From: a virus
Direction: 5' to 3' (one strand)
DNA: 64,000 nt
IMG/VR virus record: IMGVR_UViG_3300020182_000010
Coordinates: 64,001 to 128,000 of that record
Under the pieces are notes generated by a model, which worked only from the letters and a program-made list of their open reading frames with translations, was not told the origin of the DNA and ran no database searches. The translations under genes and the position numbers were made by a program. Position 1 is the stretch's first letter, and each line of letters begins with the position of its first letter. Shown piece after piece: positions 19,517-29,400 of the stretch.

Positions 19517-20887
19517 TTATTTTTTATCTAACCAGCCTTGAGTTTCCATTAGACTCGTATTTCGTTTTCTAATTATATCTTCCTCTGTTTCCTCTTTAAC
19601 AGTTTCTTCTATAATAGTATCGTCTATATTAGCGTTAATGTCAAGTTCTTTTTTTTCTTTTTTTGCAAAAATTGCATCAAATATTTCTTCTTGGTGACCA
19701 TTATTACTATTACGATTTTGGAAACTATAATTAGCAGCAATTAATAATAATACTGCCAATGGATCAAAAACAAAAATGAATACAATTATTAACCAACGAA
19801 CTGCATCGTCAATTGTATTTCGTTCAGTATTACCATAAACAAGTTCTGCAATATATTTAATTGGTCCAACTTCTGCTTCTAACATACGAACTTCAGTTTC
19901 TAATTCAAATTTGGTATCTAGTAATTTAGATATACTAGTCTCAGTTTCTTTAACAGTTTCTAGCAATTCTGTGATTTTTTCGGTATTATCAATTTCGGCT
20001 ACACGATCTAGTTGACTACGTAATCGTGTAATAGTTGTTTGCGATTTCTGTACGTCACGGTCAGCAATAGAACGAAGTCTTTTTATTTCAACTCTTGCCT
20101 GTTCAACAACTGACGTATCAATACTATTACGAATATCTTCTACAATATTAACAAGTCTCTTCTTTTCTGATTGTTGTGATATACGAAACTGTTCCACTTT
20201 TTTTGCTGTTTGTGGACCGTAATTGCCATCAGTCTTAACTCCAACTAAGGCTTGTATTTTTTTTATATCATCATTTATAATGAATGACTGTAAATTATCA
20301 AGCGTAGTATCTACTTTAGAAATTTGTAGCAGATATGATTTTACCTGATTATCTGTGCCATTCTGTTCATTTAAAATAATAGCAAGTTGTTCATCAACTG
20401 CAGGTTGAACCCTAGCGTATGCTTGGTCCATACGCATTTGTTCTGCATCTATCTGTGCTTGTATTTCATCGGTGTTATTTGTATTTTGTGTTTCAAGTTT
20501 TTCAATCTTAATTTCTGAACGTGCTATAGTATCTTCATAGCGAACTATATCATTATCTATACGTTCTACACGTGCTTGTGATTGTAAACTTTCACTTGCC
20601 TGCTCTAAGTGAGCACGTGATAAAAAGCCAAAAATGCCCATCGATGTGATGAACATTAATACAATTACTGCAAATGTAAGATAAGATTTTAATAGAAACG
20701 GTGCACGTTTCCAATTACGGTAGACCCAAGATGCAGCAACTAACTTACCTACTTCTAAAGATCCTGCCATTATGGCAACTGGGATTGCCGATGCAGCAAA
20801 AATAGCCACAAGTCCTGCAACTGAAAACCATGCAGCAACCGCGGCTATAGTTAAGGCTACGATAAACACCAAAAGTGAAAAAAACAT
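19517..20887 (-). CDS. Multi-TM coiled-coil membrane protein with embedded PG-binding motif
   Basis: N-terminal TMs, LEVGKLV, ITSMGIFGFLS, VKTDGNYGPQT, EVGPIKYIAEL, FVFDPLAV. Confidence 0.7.
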   Translation of the reverse strand: MFFSLLVFIVALTIAAVAAWFSVAGLVAIFAASAIPVAIMAGSLEVGKLVAASWVYRNWKRAPFLLKSYLTFAVIVLMFITSMGIFGFLSRAHLEQASESLQSQARVERIDNDIVRYEDTIARSEIKIEKLETQNTNNTDEIQAQIDAEQMRMDQAYARVQPAVDEQLAIILNEQNGTDNQVKSYLLQISKVDTTLDNLQSFIINDDIKKIQALVGVKTDGNYGPQTAKKVEQFRISQQSEKKRLVNIVEDIRNSIDTSVVEQARVEIKRLRSIADRDVQKSQTTITRLRSQLDRVAEIDNTEKITELLETVKETETSISKLLDTKFELETEVRMLEAEVGPIKYIAELVYGNTERNTIDDAVRWLIIVFIFVFDPLAVLLLIAANYSFQNRNSNNGHQEEIFDAIFAKKEKKELDINANIDDTIIEETVKEETEEDIIRKRNTSLMETQGWLDKK

Positions 20888-20924
20888 TCTACTCTCCTAA
20901 GGATAATTACAGCCCTCTTCATCT

Positions 20925-20933
20925 GTATTTATC
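20925..20933 (-). promoter_or_regulatory. Late promoter GATAAATAC
   Basis: Recurrent motif. Confidence 0.55.
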
Positions 20934-20957
20934 ATTTTGGAGAGTAAAATTTACATA

Positions 20958-21461
20958 TTACATATCTACATTTAAGTATACAGTAGTACCCTTTTTAAAC
21001 CATTGTTGCGTATATAAACGAACTGTTTGCCCACCAATATCAACAGTTACCATATTATCACCACGCACTTGTGATACTTTATTGGTATATGTTGTACGAC
21101 ATTGACGTTCTTGCCGATATCCCACAATAACAGTTTCCTGTTTACCTTTTTTATTAACTTTGTCTGCACCAATAATTGCACCTAAAACGGTCATTGCATC
21201 TTTGCCACTACCGTTACCGAATTGATTGCCGATTGCACCGCCGATAATTGCACCTACTAGAGCATCACCAGAACTGGCTTGTCCTGTTCGGCGTGTTTCA
21301 TAAATTGGAACATCTACTGTATTACATGTTTGAATTGGAACTTCCTGAACAACATCACGATATGTTTCCTTCATTCCAATCACAGTGCCGCGTACCTGTT
21401 CCGCATAAGAAACAGTTGCAGTCATTAAAAGTGCGGCAGTAATTGCCAATACATTTTTCAT
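20958..21461 (-). CDS. Glycine-zipper 2TM (YcfJ-like) exported protein
   Basis: Signal peptide; GAIIGGAIGNQFGNGSGKDAMTVLGAIIGA. Confidence 0.85.
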   Translation of the reverse strand: MKNVLAITAALLMTATVSYAEQVRGTVIGMKETYRDVVQEVPIQTCNTVDVPIYETRRTGQASSGDALVGAIIGGAIGNQFGNGSGKDAMTVLGAIIGADKVNKKGKQETVIVGYRQERQCRTTYTNKVSQVRGDNMVTVDIGGQTVRLYTQQWFKKGTTVYLNVDM

Positions 21462-21550
21462 TTTTCAAGTCCTCTAATAATGCTTTCAAGTTTTTCTACC
21501 CGTTGTTCAAGTAGAATAATTTTTCTTTCTAGTAGTTGATAATTATCCAT
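21458..21550 (-). CDS. Tiny coiled-coil protein (30 aa), not in ORF track
   Basis: MDNYQLLERKIILLEQRVEKLESIIRGLEK; ATGA overlap with the next gene. Confidence 0.5.
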   Translation of the reverse strand: MDNYQLLERKIILLEQRVEKLESIIRGLEK

Positions 21551-21553
21551 CGA

Positions 21554-21940
21554 TTAAGATCCTGTTACAAGTTCAAGTGTGCCATCTTCACCGAATTCAA
21601 AGTCTTCGATATAACGATGATGTGTTCCACTTTGTTTGATGCATGATTCAGCAGCAGCCCACAATGCCTTGATTGAGCCATTTACTGCAAGAGAACTAAC
21701 TTGCATCATAGTGTCGTTAGTACCATTTCGAAAATCTGCATTAATTTCTTCAAACGTTGCGTCTGGACGAACAAACTCATAAGTTACTTTACGAACTTTA
21801 TCGGAGAACAATTCAAACTCAGGACGTCTTGTGCCGAATTCATACATACTCCAAACAGTTGACATGCCCAATTCTTGCTGCATTTCATCAAAGTGGTTCA
21901 TTGCAACTGTGAATTCATCGTATTGCGCTTGATTTGTCAT
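21554..21940 (-). CDS. Early hypothetical protein (start re-assigned)
   Basis: AAAGGAAA RBS before ATG 21940; directly behind an early promoter. Confidence 0.7.
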   Translation of the reverse strand: MTNQAQYDEFTVAMNHFDEMQQELGMSTVWSMYEFGTRRPEFELFSDKVRKVTYEFVRPDATFEEINADFRNGTNDTMMQVSSLAVNGSIKALWAAAESCIKQSGTHHRYIEDFEFGEDGTLELVTGS

Positions 21941-21972
21941 ACTGTGTTTCCTTTGTTTCAATCTATACTTAC

Positions 21973-22001
21973 TTTATACAGTGATTCGTTTAGAATGTCA
22001 A
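21973..22001 (-). promoter_or_regulatory. Early promoter TTGACA-N17-TATAAA with CGAATCA (GANTC) in spacer
   Basis: TGATTCG at 21982-21988 (+). Confidence 0.85.
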
Positions 22002-22009
22002 GCTTTTTA

Positions 22010-22291
22010 TTACGCTGCAGATAACATTTCTGCAGGAACTTTCCAATTCATATATCCCACTTTAACATGAATATAACGACGGTTTACTTTACTGATAACT
22101 CCAGTCTCGACCATATTACTGCGAGTGTTAGTAAATTTAACATTATCGCCAATAACAAATGAACGCACTTTTTGATTGGCTAAGAATCTACCCTGTAATT
22201 GAAGACGGTTATTTACTTCACGACATTGATCGAAATCTGCTTTGCCCAAAAGTGCAAGAACTGTTTCCATTTCAGATGTTGATAGTTTCAT
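22010..22291 (-). CDS. Early hypothetical protein (SH3-like C-terminus)
   Basis: FVIGDNVKF..TGVISKVNRRYIHVK..WKVP. Confidence 0.7.
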   Translation of the reverse strand: MKLSTSEMETVLALLGKADFDQCREVNNRLQLQGRFLANQKVRSFVIGDNVKFTNTRSNMVETGVISKVNRRYIHVKVGYMNWKVPAEMLSAA

Positions 22292-22325
22292 AATAATTCT
22301 CTCTGCTGTTTCAATCTATACTTAC

Positions 22326-22354
22326 TTTATATAGTGATTCGTTCAGAATGTCAA
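22326..22354 (-). promoter_or_regulatory. Early promoter with GANTC in spacer
   Basis: TTGACA-N17-TATAAA; TGATTCG at 22335-22341; leader nearly identical to the 21955-22001 copy. Confidence 0.85.
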
Positions 22355-22377
22355 GTATTAATTAAGTTAATATAATA

Positions 22378-22887
22378 TTATATTATATTTTTCTCTCTTT
22401 TTAAATCAAACGGTGTTATTTCCAAATTACTTAATTCAGAAAGAAAAGAACATTCAGTTTGATTATTTAATTTCCATCCAGTTGGACAAATAAATCTACC
22501 AGTTCTTTTTGTATTATATATAAATGCTTTAAAATTTTTATTAATAGATGTTGAATTATAATCTATCTTTTTTGTGCCCTGAAGTGGATTACCAAATAAT
22601 GGTTTCCAATTTCTGGCCTTGCCGTTTGTAGTTGTTGTAAACTTGTTATATTCATAATCAATTAAATATAACTCACTTTGATCACCTACATTTGCATCTG
22701 CCATTGTGTGAAGAAATAATTCAGATGTATGTTGCAATTCATCATCATTTGGCCACTCATACATAGTTGCCAACATTTCCGCATGCTTATACGAAATTGT
22801 TTCCAATGCTAAATTAGTAGTGAGATATCGTTCAAGTATAGAAGCCACTGTAATAGAATATATGAAATCTGGAACTTTATTAGACAT
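22378..22887 (-). CDS. Hypothetical protein
   Basis: ORF in operon. Confidence 0.65.
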   Translation of the reverse strand: MSNKVPDFIYSITVASILERYLTTNLALETISYKHAEMLATMYEWPNDDELQHTSELFLHTMADANVGDQSELYLIDYEYNKFTTTTNGKARNWKPLFGNPLQGTKKIDYNSTSINKNFKAFIYNTKRTGRFICPTGWKLNNQTECSFLSELSNLEITPFDLKREKNII

Positions 22888-22898
22888 GTTTGTACTTT

Positions 22899-23237
22899 CT
22901 AATCATACTGATCCAATAAATGTGTTTTATCCTCAGTATATCCTTTGGCAGGATTAATTTCATCTGCGCCATTTAATGGTTCTTTTTGGTCTACAATTAC
23001 TTCCCATTTCTCAGACCATTTTGCATTAATATCATATAATCGTTGTGTGAATAACGGATCGGTATCTGCTATAATTGCATCTGCTGGACATTCGGGTTCA
23101 CAAACACCACAATCTATACATTCATCTGGATTGATTACCAGCATTTCTTCACCTTCGTAGAAACAGTCCACTGGACATACTTCTACACAGTCAGTGTACT
23201 TGCATTTAATGCAATCCTGTGTTACTACGTATGTCAT
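22899..23237 (-). CDS. fdxA: 7Fe ferredoxin FdxA
   Basis: [47 protein letters not shown]. Confidence 0.93.
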   Translation of the reverse strand: MTYVVTQDCIKCKYTDCVEVCPVDCFYEGEEMLVINPDECIDCGVCEPECPADAIIADTDPLFTQRLYDINAKWSEKWEVIVDQKEPLNGADEINPAKGYTEDKTHLLDQYD

Positions 23238-23440
23238 TGTTGTTCACCGTTAATAATATCATCTAATGCACTAATTATCACAGTGTGATGTAAGATACCA
23301 TCGCCCCATGTTTCGCAATGTTTTTTTCCCGCAGCATCAGCAAGTTCTTTATTACTATATACTCCAAGAAATTTATTAATACTGGAATTATTATTTTTAT
23401 TATATGTATGAACTACATAGATATTTGTGGTTATATTCAT
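23234..23440 (-). CDS. Hypothetical protein (start re-assigned)
   Basis: AGGAAAGAG before ATG; [11 protein letters not shown] motif. Confidence 0.6.
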   Translation of the reverse strand: MNITTNIYVVHTYNKNNNSSINKFLGVYSNKELADAAGKKHCETWGDGILHHTVIISALDDIINGEQQ

Positions 23441-23483
23441 CTCTTTCCTATCTTCTCTACTACATCGTAGTATATAATTATTG

Positions 23484-23708
23484 TTACGTACTTTTATCAA
23501 GCATCCATAATTTACTACAATAATAACATGCTGCCCATGGTTTACTATATGTTACATTGATAGAAAATAATGGATGGTCATTGTTATCACAGTATCCACT
23601 CCATTCGTCTGTTAATAGTACTTTTTCTTTTTTTTCTATCAAGTCTGCCTGTCTTATATTTTTCTGTTCTTGTTCTACTTGACTCAGATTAAATCTTTTT
23701 TTTCGCAT
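23484..23708 (-). CDS. Small zinc-finger (CHCC-like) protein
   Basis: C....HP.....CYYC. Confidence 0.6.
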   Translation of the reverse strand: MRKKRFNLSQVEQEQKNIRQADLIEKKEKVLLTDEWSGYCDNNDHPLFSINVTYSKPWAACYYCSKLWMLDKST

Positions 23709-23709
23709 T

Positions 23710-24093
23710 TTACTCTAAACTTCCGTCTTCTCTCATTTGTTTTCTAATTTTAGTGGCACTAATATCATGCATTTCTTTTCCTAAGTCGTGTTCAGTAAAA
23801 GTGTAGCCTACTCCACGTCCATAACTAATATCTACAATATTAGGTACGAGTAATATTACATAATCATGTTCTCTTTTAAATCCTTGTTTGCCTAATTCTA
23901 AACTAATTTTAAACACAATATTTTCAAAATCAAAAGGGTTATCATCTTGTGTTGCTGTGCGTCCAGCACCTGCGTCCTCACCAATAATACCGCCAACATC
24001 ACGTACCATTATGGCAACTTGTCCAGTTTCTTTGTAAGCACGTTTGAATAATTCAGTATGACCATCATGCCAAGGTTGCCATCTTCCTAGCAT
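23710..24093 (-). CDS. HIGH-family nucleotidyltransferase (cytidylyltransferase/ATP-sulfurylase-like)
   Basis: GRWQPWHDGH and ISATKIR; true start may lie about 10 codons upstream. Confidence 0.8.
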   Translation of the reverse strand: MLGRWQPWHDGHTELFKRAYKETGQVAIMVRDVGGIIGEDAGAGRTATQDDNPFDFENIVFKISLELGKQGFKREHDYVILLVPNIVDISYGRGVGYTFTEHDLGKEMHDISATKIRKQMREDGSLE

Positions 24094-24115
24094 TTGTGCT
24101 GTAGGTTTTTTGTAA

Positions 24116-24541
24116 TCAAATATTATTAATACCCATCCACCGTTGTACTACTGGCATAAGTTGCTGATGTGCATCGTTAAACCATTTCTCAATATGGTAG
24201 TCAACATCTTCAGGAGTTTCGAATAGTTTATTTGTGTCTTCAAATCGTCCTTCTTTGATAGTATCCATCCACACTGTAAAGTCAGCATCAAACTCTAATC
24301 TAGTTATGTAAGTAGGACACACAAAGTCAACAACTGCTACCTTGCCCGCCATGACTACTCCATCTGCTAAATGACGCATACGTTGCGCATGCCTTACACG
24401 CCCTTTTTTAGTAAAGTCCCAATCATCATACTTAGTACGCACCTCGTCTGCATTAATATGTACGCCATCTATTAGTTTAGCAAACGGTTTTGCAAGTGTG
24501 GTTTTGCCACTGCCAGGTAAACCAAATATTAATATTTTCAT
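24116..24541 (-). CDS. Adenylyl-sulfate (APS) kinase-like P-loop kinase
   Basis: GLPGSGKTT, NADEVR..DWDFT..GR, FVCPT, FETPE. Confidence 0.75.
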   Translation of the reverse strand: MKILIFGLPGSGKTTLAKPFAKLIDGVHINADEVRTKYDDWDFTKKGRVRHAQRMRHLADGVVMAGKVAVVDFVCPTYITRLEFDADFTVWMDTIKEGRFEDTNKLFETPEDVDYHIEKWFNDAHQQLMPVVQRWMGINNI

Positions 24542-24682
24542 AGATTTGATTCCTTCACAATATTCTCTTTAGAGCATATATACATATTACAGCAATTATT
24601 TATCAATGTCAAGCAAAATTAGTTGTATTTATAATAGCATAAATATATACATATCAAAAGTCTCACAGCAGAAAGAAAAACC

Positions 24683-25309
24683 ATGATACAGTATATTCAT
24701 CAATATGGCGATCAAGTAGCACTACAATCAAATCTAAACTGTGATCATTTGTTACAAGAATTAAGTCAGTTTGATGATGAATGGTCACAATATAATGTAT
24801 TAAAACCAACAATTAGACGACAAGGATTATGCGTATTAAATGAACGAGGAAATGTTGGGCCTGGCCCTGCACTTAATTCTCTTAGAGAATGGAATAAAAA
24901 ATACAATACTACTTTTTCTGAATCTGATTTTAATAAGCCTACCGAAGTATATAATAATAGTTTACAACTACAATCTATACTTGGAGAAATTCTTCCATAT
25001 TGTGTTAGAACCCATTTTTTAAGATTGGGACCAGGAGGATTTTTCCCACCACACCGAGATCATATTGGGAAAGAGCAATCTACATTTAGATTAATTGTTC
25101 CGATTAAGGCATTCAATCCACCAGATGCACGATTTATGATAGAAGATAGATCATTGTATTGGGAAGAGGGTAGAATGTATGCAGTAAACACAACCAAAGA
25201 ACACACATTGTTTAATGCTAGTAATCAAGATAGTATCTGGTTAGTAATTAATGCTAAAGTATGCGATGAAACTATTAGATTTGTGTCAAAAAATTTAAAA
25301 AGTAGATAA
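24683..25309 (+). CDS. Asp/Asn beta-hydroxylase-like 2OG-Fe(II) oxygenase
   Basis: GGFFPPHRD..RLIVP..NTTKEHTLFN. Confidence 0.8.
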   Translation: MIQYIHQYGDQVALQSNLNCDHLLQELSQFDDEWSQYNVLKPTIRRQGLCVLNERGNVGPGPALNSLREWNKKYNTTFSESDFNKPTEVYNNSLQLQSILGEILPYCVRTHFLRLGPGGFFPPHRDHIGKEQSTFRLIVPIKAFNPPDARFMIEDRSLYWEEGRMYAVNTTKEHTLFNASNQDSIWLVINAKVCDETIRFVSKNLKSR

Positions 25310-25804
25310 GTTAGATTGATGTAACTCATTAATTGTTTCTACATACGACATACTTATTACTATTCTGTTGTGTGGACTTTTAGAGTTATCTATCCTATGT
25401 GGAATGTCTACTCTCCAGCATTTTGGAGTTTGTAAATCTATAGTTTCTAAAACATTGTTACTTTCCATAGACTCCATATACTGAAATACACTAGTTTCAT
25501 GTACATTAACAGGAATATTAATTGCAGTGATCCGTTGTCTTATACCGCTTGCGTCTGCTTTATCATCAACGTGTGTTGCACATACACTATTTTTTGGTAC
25601 TGTAATAATTGCAGCATAACTAGGAGATATTGGCAGTGCATCAAAAATGTATGATAATTTGCTCATTTCCGATTGTGTCATAAGATGCGGTATTATTGTC
25701 CACGATGCATAAAGTGGGTTAGTTGGATTGTTACTTATATGAGTTATCCATTCTATATCGTCGGGACGAATAGATGGAACGTTTTTAATTTCAAACCATT
25801 TCAT
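25295..25804 (-). CDS. Putative 2OG-Fe(II)/cupin oxygenase
   Basis: HVD..AINIPV..VDIPHRIDN..RIVIS. Confidence 0.7.
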   Translation of the reverse strand: MKWFEIKNVPSIRPDDIEWITHISNNPTNPLYASWTIIPHLMTQSEMSKLSYIFDALPISPSYAAIITVPKNSVCATHVDDKADASGIRQRITAINIPVNVHETSVFQYMESMESNNVLETIDLQTPKCWRVDIPHRIDNSKSPHNRIVISMSYVETINELHQSNLSTF

Positions 25805-26283
25805 TTTTGTATCCTTTGTATATCTCCAATAGCGTCTGGCTCTCGGGTATGAACTGTAATTGCTATTCGTGTATTAGTTAACTCAGTAATATTATGATAT
25901 GTACTTACTGTGATATTATGCCAAACATTGTTTGGAAAGATTTCTCTTTCAATTTCATTTAAATCATCATCATACCATACAGTATTAACATTTCCGCCTG
26001 TATTGATAATGTAATTGTAACAGTTTGTTCTGCCAAAGTCTTTATGTATAGGTAAGTCCTGTGTTATTAATTGGAATGATATATCTACATCATTATCAAA
26101 ATATGGTTGTAAAAACGATTTTATCTCTTGTGGCGCAGTATGCAATGAGTACTTAGGCACTACATTATTTGGAGGTTCTACTCCGCTAAAATCTCTCGGG
26201 ATTTTTCGTATTTCATCTTCTGTGAACTTATCGATGATATCATTTGGAATTTGTGGAATATTCGGACAGTAACGATATAACAT
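25801..26283 (-). CDS. Putative 2OG-Fe(II)/cupin oxygenase
   Basis: PIHKD..YNYII..TYHNI..RIAIT. Confidence 0.7.
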   Translation of the reverse strand: MLYRYCPNIPQIPNDIIDKFTEDEIRKIPRDFSGVEPPNNVVPKYSLHTAPQEIKSFLQPYFDNDVDISFQLITQDLPIHKDFGRTNCYNYIINTGGNVNTVWYDDDLNEIEREIFPNNVWHNITVSTYHNITELTNTRIAITVHTREPDAIGDIQRIQK

Positions 26284-26293
26284 TAATTTACCT

Positions 26294-26893
26294 TTATACT
26301 AAGTGTTGAGTAAGTTCTCTGAAAAACTTCCAATCTGTTTTTTTATTATTAAATTTGAAAATCATTATTGCTCTTTGATGCGATTGTGGCAGTGGATTAA
26401 AAACACTATGCCATTTTTGATTATTAAATAGAACTGGAGTATCAGTTAATGCAAATTCATATGCGTGTGCTAATTCTCCGCTACTATACGCTTCACTTTT
26501 TTTCATTTTCTCGCCTATCACTTCGTCTATAGGTTCCCAGAAACTAGTAGTAATTTGTTCATTGCATCCAAAGACAGGGATATTTATACTACATGGATAA
26601 TTAATATTATCAGGATGATTGTCTCTATGGATAGGAATAAATTGTTTACTTCTGCGTTGGTCATGAAAATATCCAATCCACACACGGTCTATTACCATAT
26701 ATTCGTGTAGTTCCTTTGGTATTAAATGAAGTGCGGAATCTGTCATCGGTTCACTATTTAAAAACACTTGTTTCTTTTCATCATAGTGCTTATGAAATAT
26801 ATGATTTGCGACAGTAGTATCAATATTCAACGGAACAACATAGTCACTAATACTGTATTGAGTGTTATGTGTAATTGATTTCATTAAATCCAA
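26294..26893 (-). CDS. Putative 2OG-Fe(II)/cupin oxygenase
   Basis: PIHRD..SINIPV..KWHSVFN..RAIM. Confidence 0.7.
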   Translation of the reverse strand: MDLMKSITHNTQYSISDYVVPLNIDTTVANHIFHKHYDEKKQVFLNSEPMTDSALHLIPKELHEYMVIDRVWIGYFHDQRRSKQFIPIHRDNHPDNINYPCSINIPVFGCNEQITTSFWEPIDEVIGEKMKKSEAYSSGELAHAYEFALTDTPVLFNNQKWHSVFNPLPQSHQRAIMIFKFNNKKTDWKFFRELTQHLV

Positions 26894-27339
26894 TCCTTCG
26901 GAGTATCAATAATATCTTTTACTATATCTCCACACATCTGATGTGTTTTATAAACTGCCCATTTTTGTTTCTCATTAATAGTTTGCTGCACCAGACTGTT
27001 GAAGTCTACAGTTGATCCAGTAATTTTGTCTAAAGAAGATTTAACATATTTTTGTTCTCGGACGCTGCTAACAATTTTATAATTATTTTTAATAAATTCT
27101 AGTATTTCAGCATCTAGTAAATTCAATGTATGCCAATGGCCATGAAGAATATGTTTTTTATTTAAGACTACTTCTCGTATATTATATTCATTGCCATGTA
27201 AAAATTCAGAGGTATGTAATACCCCCATCGCGGTTGGTTTATTTAACAATGTCGAATAATGTTTTGCTAAACTGCGACTTGCAGTTCTTGGAAAACTGAT
27301 TACCGCTATATTACAAATAGTGTTTGACATATCATACAT
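26884..27339 (-). CDS. Sulfotransferase-like (P-loop) protein
   Basis: N-terminal VISFPRTASRSL resembles the 5'-PSB PAPS-binding loop; short. Confidence 0.45.
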   Translation of the reverse strand: MYDMSNTICNIAVISFPRTASRSLAKHYSTLLNKPTAMGVLHTSEFLHGNEYNIREVVLNKKHILHGHWHTLNLLDAEILEFIKNNYKIVSSVREQKYVKSSLDKITGSTVDFNSLVQQTINEKQKWAVYKTHQMCGDIVKDIIDTPKDWI

Positions 27340-28060
27340 TTCCCGGTGATACGTTGTTTAAAATAAAAGAATCTACCGCATATTTTGCAAAATCTTCTCC
27401 GTAATGAAACGTATGTTTAGTAGAAAAATTGTTATCCTTCGCATAATTAGTATAGGCAAATGGTATGCTATTAAGTTTTAATATGCTTTTAGATTCTAGA
27501 ATCCAAGACAAATCATTCCAATTTGAACTCAACGAATGACTTTTTTCTTCGTCTGTGAGCATGGCATCTTCTATATCTGAAAACATAAACTTGCATGGTA
27601 TGTTTTCATTGTCACAGAATGATTTTAATAATATTATATGTTGAAGTAAATCTGTCTTATCTTGTATTGAATTTTGTATATATTCAAAATACCCAAGTGC
27701 TGCTGCATTGAAACCTCTACCCTGATTTAATTTTTCATACCATAAAGATAGTGTAACTGGGTTATTAAGTGTTTTTAAAAACAATTCACGCCTATGTGAA
27801 TATGTCATCATAAACACTGCGTTGGGTTTCTTGTTTTGTTGAATTAAGTTTTTTATACCGATTATTGCTTTTCGTGTGATTAAATTGTTCGATGCTCCTG
27901 GTCTAGAATCGTTAATGACCGATACCCCCATCTGTTCTCCTAACAAAGCCGGCCACGAAAATTTGCTGGTTTTGAAATTATCGACAAATGTATTACCCAC
28001 ATCATCCATTCCAAATCCTTGTGTATGAGAACAGCCACCTGCATATAAAATATTTTCCAT
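27332..28060 (-). CDS. SGNH/GDSL-like hydrolase or acyltransferase (start re-assigned)
   Basis: GGCSHTQG, SWPALL, NDSRPGASN, C-terminal His. Confidence 0.65.
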   Translation of the reverse strand: MENILYAGGCSHTQGFGMDDVGNTFVDNFKTSKFSWPALLGEQMGVSVINDSRPGASNNLITRKAIIGIKNLIQQNKKPNAVFMMTYSHRRELFLKTLNNPVTLSLWYEKLNQGRGFNAAALGYFEYIQNSIQDKTDLLQHIILLKSFCDNENIPCKFMFSDIEDAMLTDEEKSHSLSSNWNDLSWILESKSILKLNSIPFAYTNYAKDNNFSTKHTFHYGEDFAKYAVDSFILNNVSPGNV

Positions 28061-28653
28061 TAGATATTTATTGTTTTTCGCATATTTTCGCATAGTCTTA
28101 TATCTTTAAGTGGTATGTTTGGAATTTCAAAATGTAAGCACAATCTATTTTCCGTAACATTTTTAACGCCGTGCCGTTTTGTAATGTTTAGAAATGTCGG
28201 AGAAGTTATTTGATACTCTCCGCCATCTTCATAATACGTGATTGATGACGAAATCCCCCACAGAGGTATCATCAGAACCGTATTTTTTCTATATGGAAAA
28301 TCTGAGTGTGTAGGCACATCTTCTCCTGCATGTTGAAGGAAAAATGAAACATCACCAATAACGATGTCGTTGTCAATTTTTTCTGATAACTGTTTTATTA
28401 TATTTGCAATTGTAGGATGAGTAGTGTCACACTTTGAAACAAAATCAGTACGCTTGTGTACTTTTTTTGTAATCGATTTTTTCAAATCTTTAATCGTATT
28501 ACCGATTACGTTTATCCCTGTATTTTTACAGAATTCATCTTTGTGATTAATATCAATATCATCAATATCATATGATCGCAGAGAGTTATAATAAGAAGTT
28601 AATACATCCACATCATAATCTAAATCTATGACTAGTACTTCACGATCATCCAT
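28060..28653 (-). CDS. Putative 2OG-Fe(II)/cupin oxygenase
   Basis: PTHSD..LMIPL..TKRHGVKN..RLCL. Confidence 0.7.
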   Translation of the reverse strand: MDDREVLVIDLDYDVDVLTSYYNSLRSYDIDDIDINHKDEFCKNTGINVIGNTIKDLKKSITKKVHKRTDFVSKCDTTHPTIANIIKQLSEKIDNDIVIGDVSFFLQHAGEDVPTHSDFPYRKNTVLMIPLWGISSSITYYEDGGEYQITSPTFLNITKRHGVKNVTENRLCLHFEIPNIPLKDIRLCENMRKTINI

Positions 28654-28722
28654 GAGGTAATTTATCCAAATTCTCTATCTCCATAGTAATTATATGTATT
28701 CAAAAAACTATATTCATATTTA

Positions 28723-29400
28723 TTATATTATAAACTGTGTTCGCCATAACATACGTTCACCCTCGAATGCTACTCTTTTATGGATCATTTTTAGATTGTC
28801 CCAGATTAATATCTCGTTATCCTGCCATTCATGCATATATGCATTTGCTTCTACCCATTCTTTAATAGGACGTAAGTCTATTTCATTATTGCGCAATGTG
28901 TTTATACTACAATATAGTATATCTTCACCAGTGACATGATGCTTAATATTAAATGGTCGCTTTATTTTTTGTTTCTCTAGTAATCGTAGTTGTCTATCAG
29001 TAAAACATTCGCCATGCAAATGTATAGGAGGGTAGTATTCACCTATAGAATCTTTATACAGTTCTCTAAGTTCAAGTGGTGCATTACTCATATTACAGAA
29101 CCAAGTTGGTGAAAGATGAGCATTTTTTACATTGTACAATATTGTACCAAAGTAGTTTCCTCTACCATAACTCCAATCATTATGCCAGTCTACATCGCCG
29201 GTATTGAACAATCCATTATTACTTAACTCTTGCACAGTACGATTGTCATTAATCACATGCTTGTCTGTGATTAATGGTTTTCCTAATTCACTGACAATAT
29301 ACTCGAAATCTGTTAATGTTATTGAACTATTTAATGAGACTTTCACAAGACCATTCGTCATAAGATCCTGCTTGATGGTCTCTATATTCAATTGTTTCAT
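28723..29400 (-). CDS. TauD/TfdA-family dioxygenase (canonical HxD)
   Basis: DWHND, TWFCNM, HEWQDNEILIWDNLKMIHKR, RMLWR. Confidence 0.85.
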   Translation of the reverse strand: MKQLNIETIKQDLMTNGLVKVSLNSSITLTDFEYIVSELGKPLITDKHVINDNRTVQELSNNGLFNTGDVDWHNDWSYGRGNYFGTILYNVKNAHLSPTWFCNMSNAPLELRELYKDSIGEYYPPIHLHGECFTDRQLRLLEKQKIKRPFNIKHHVTGEDILYCSINTLRNNEIDLRPIKEWVEANAYMHEWQDNEILIWDNLKMIHKRVAFEGERMLWRTQFII

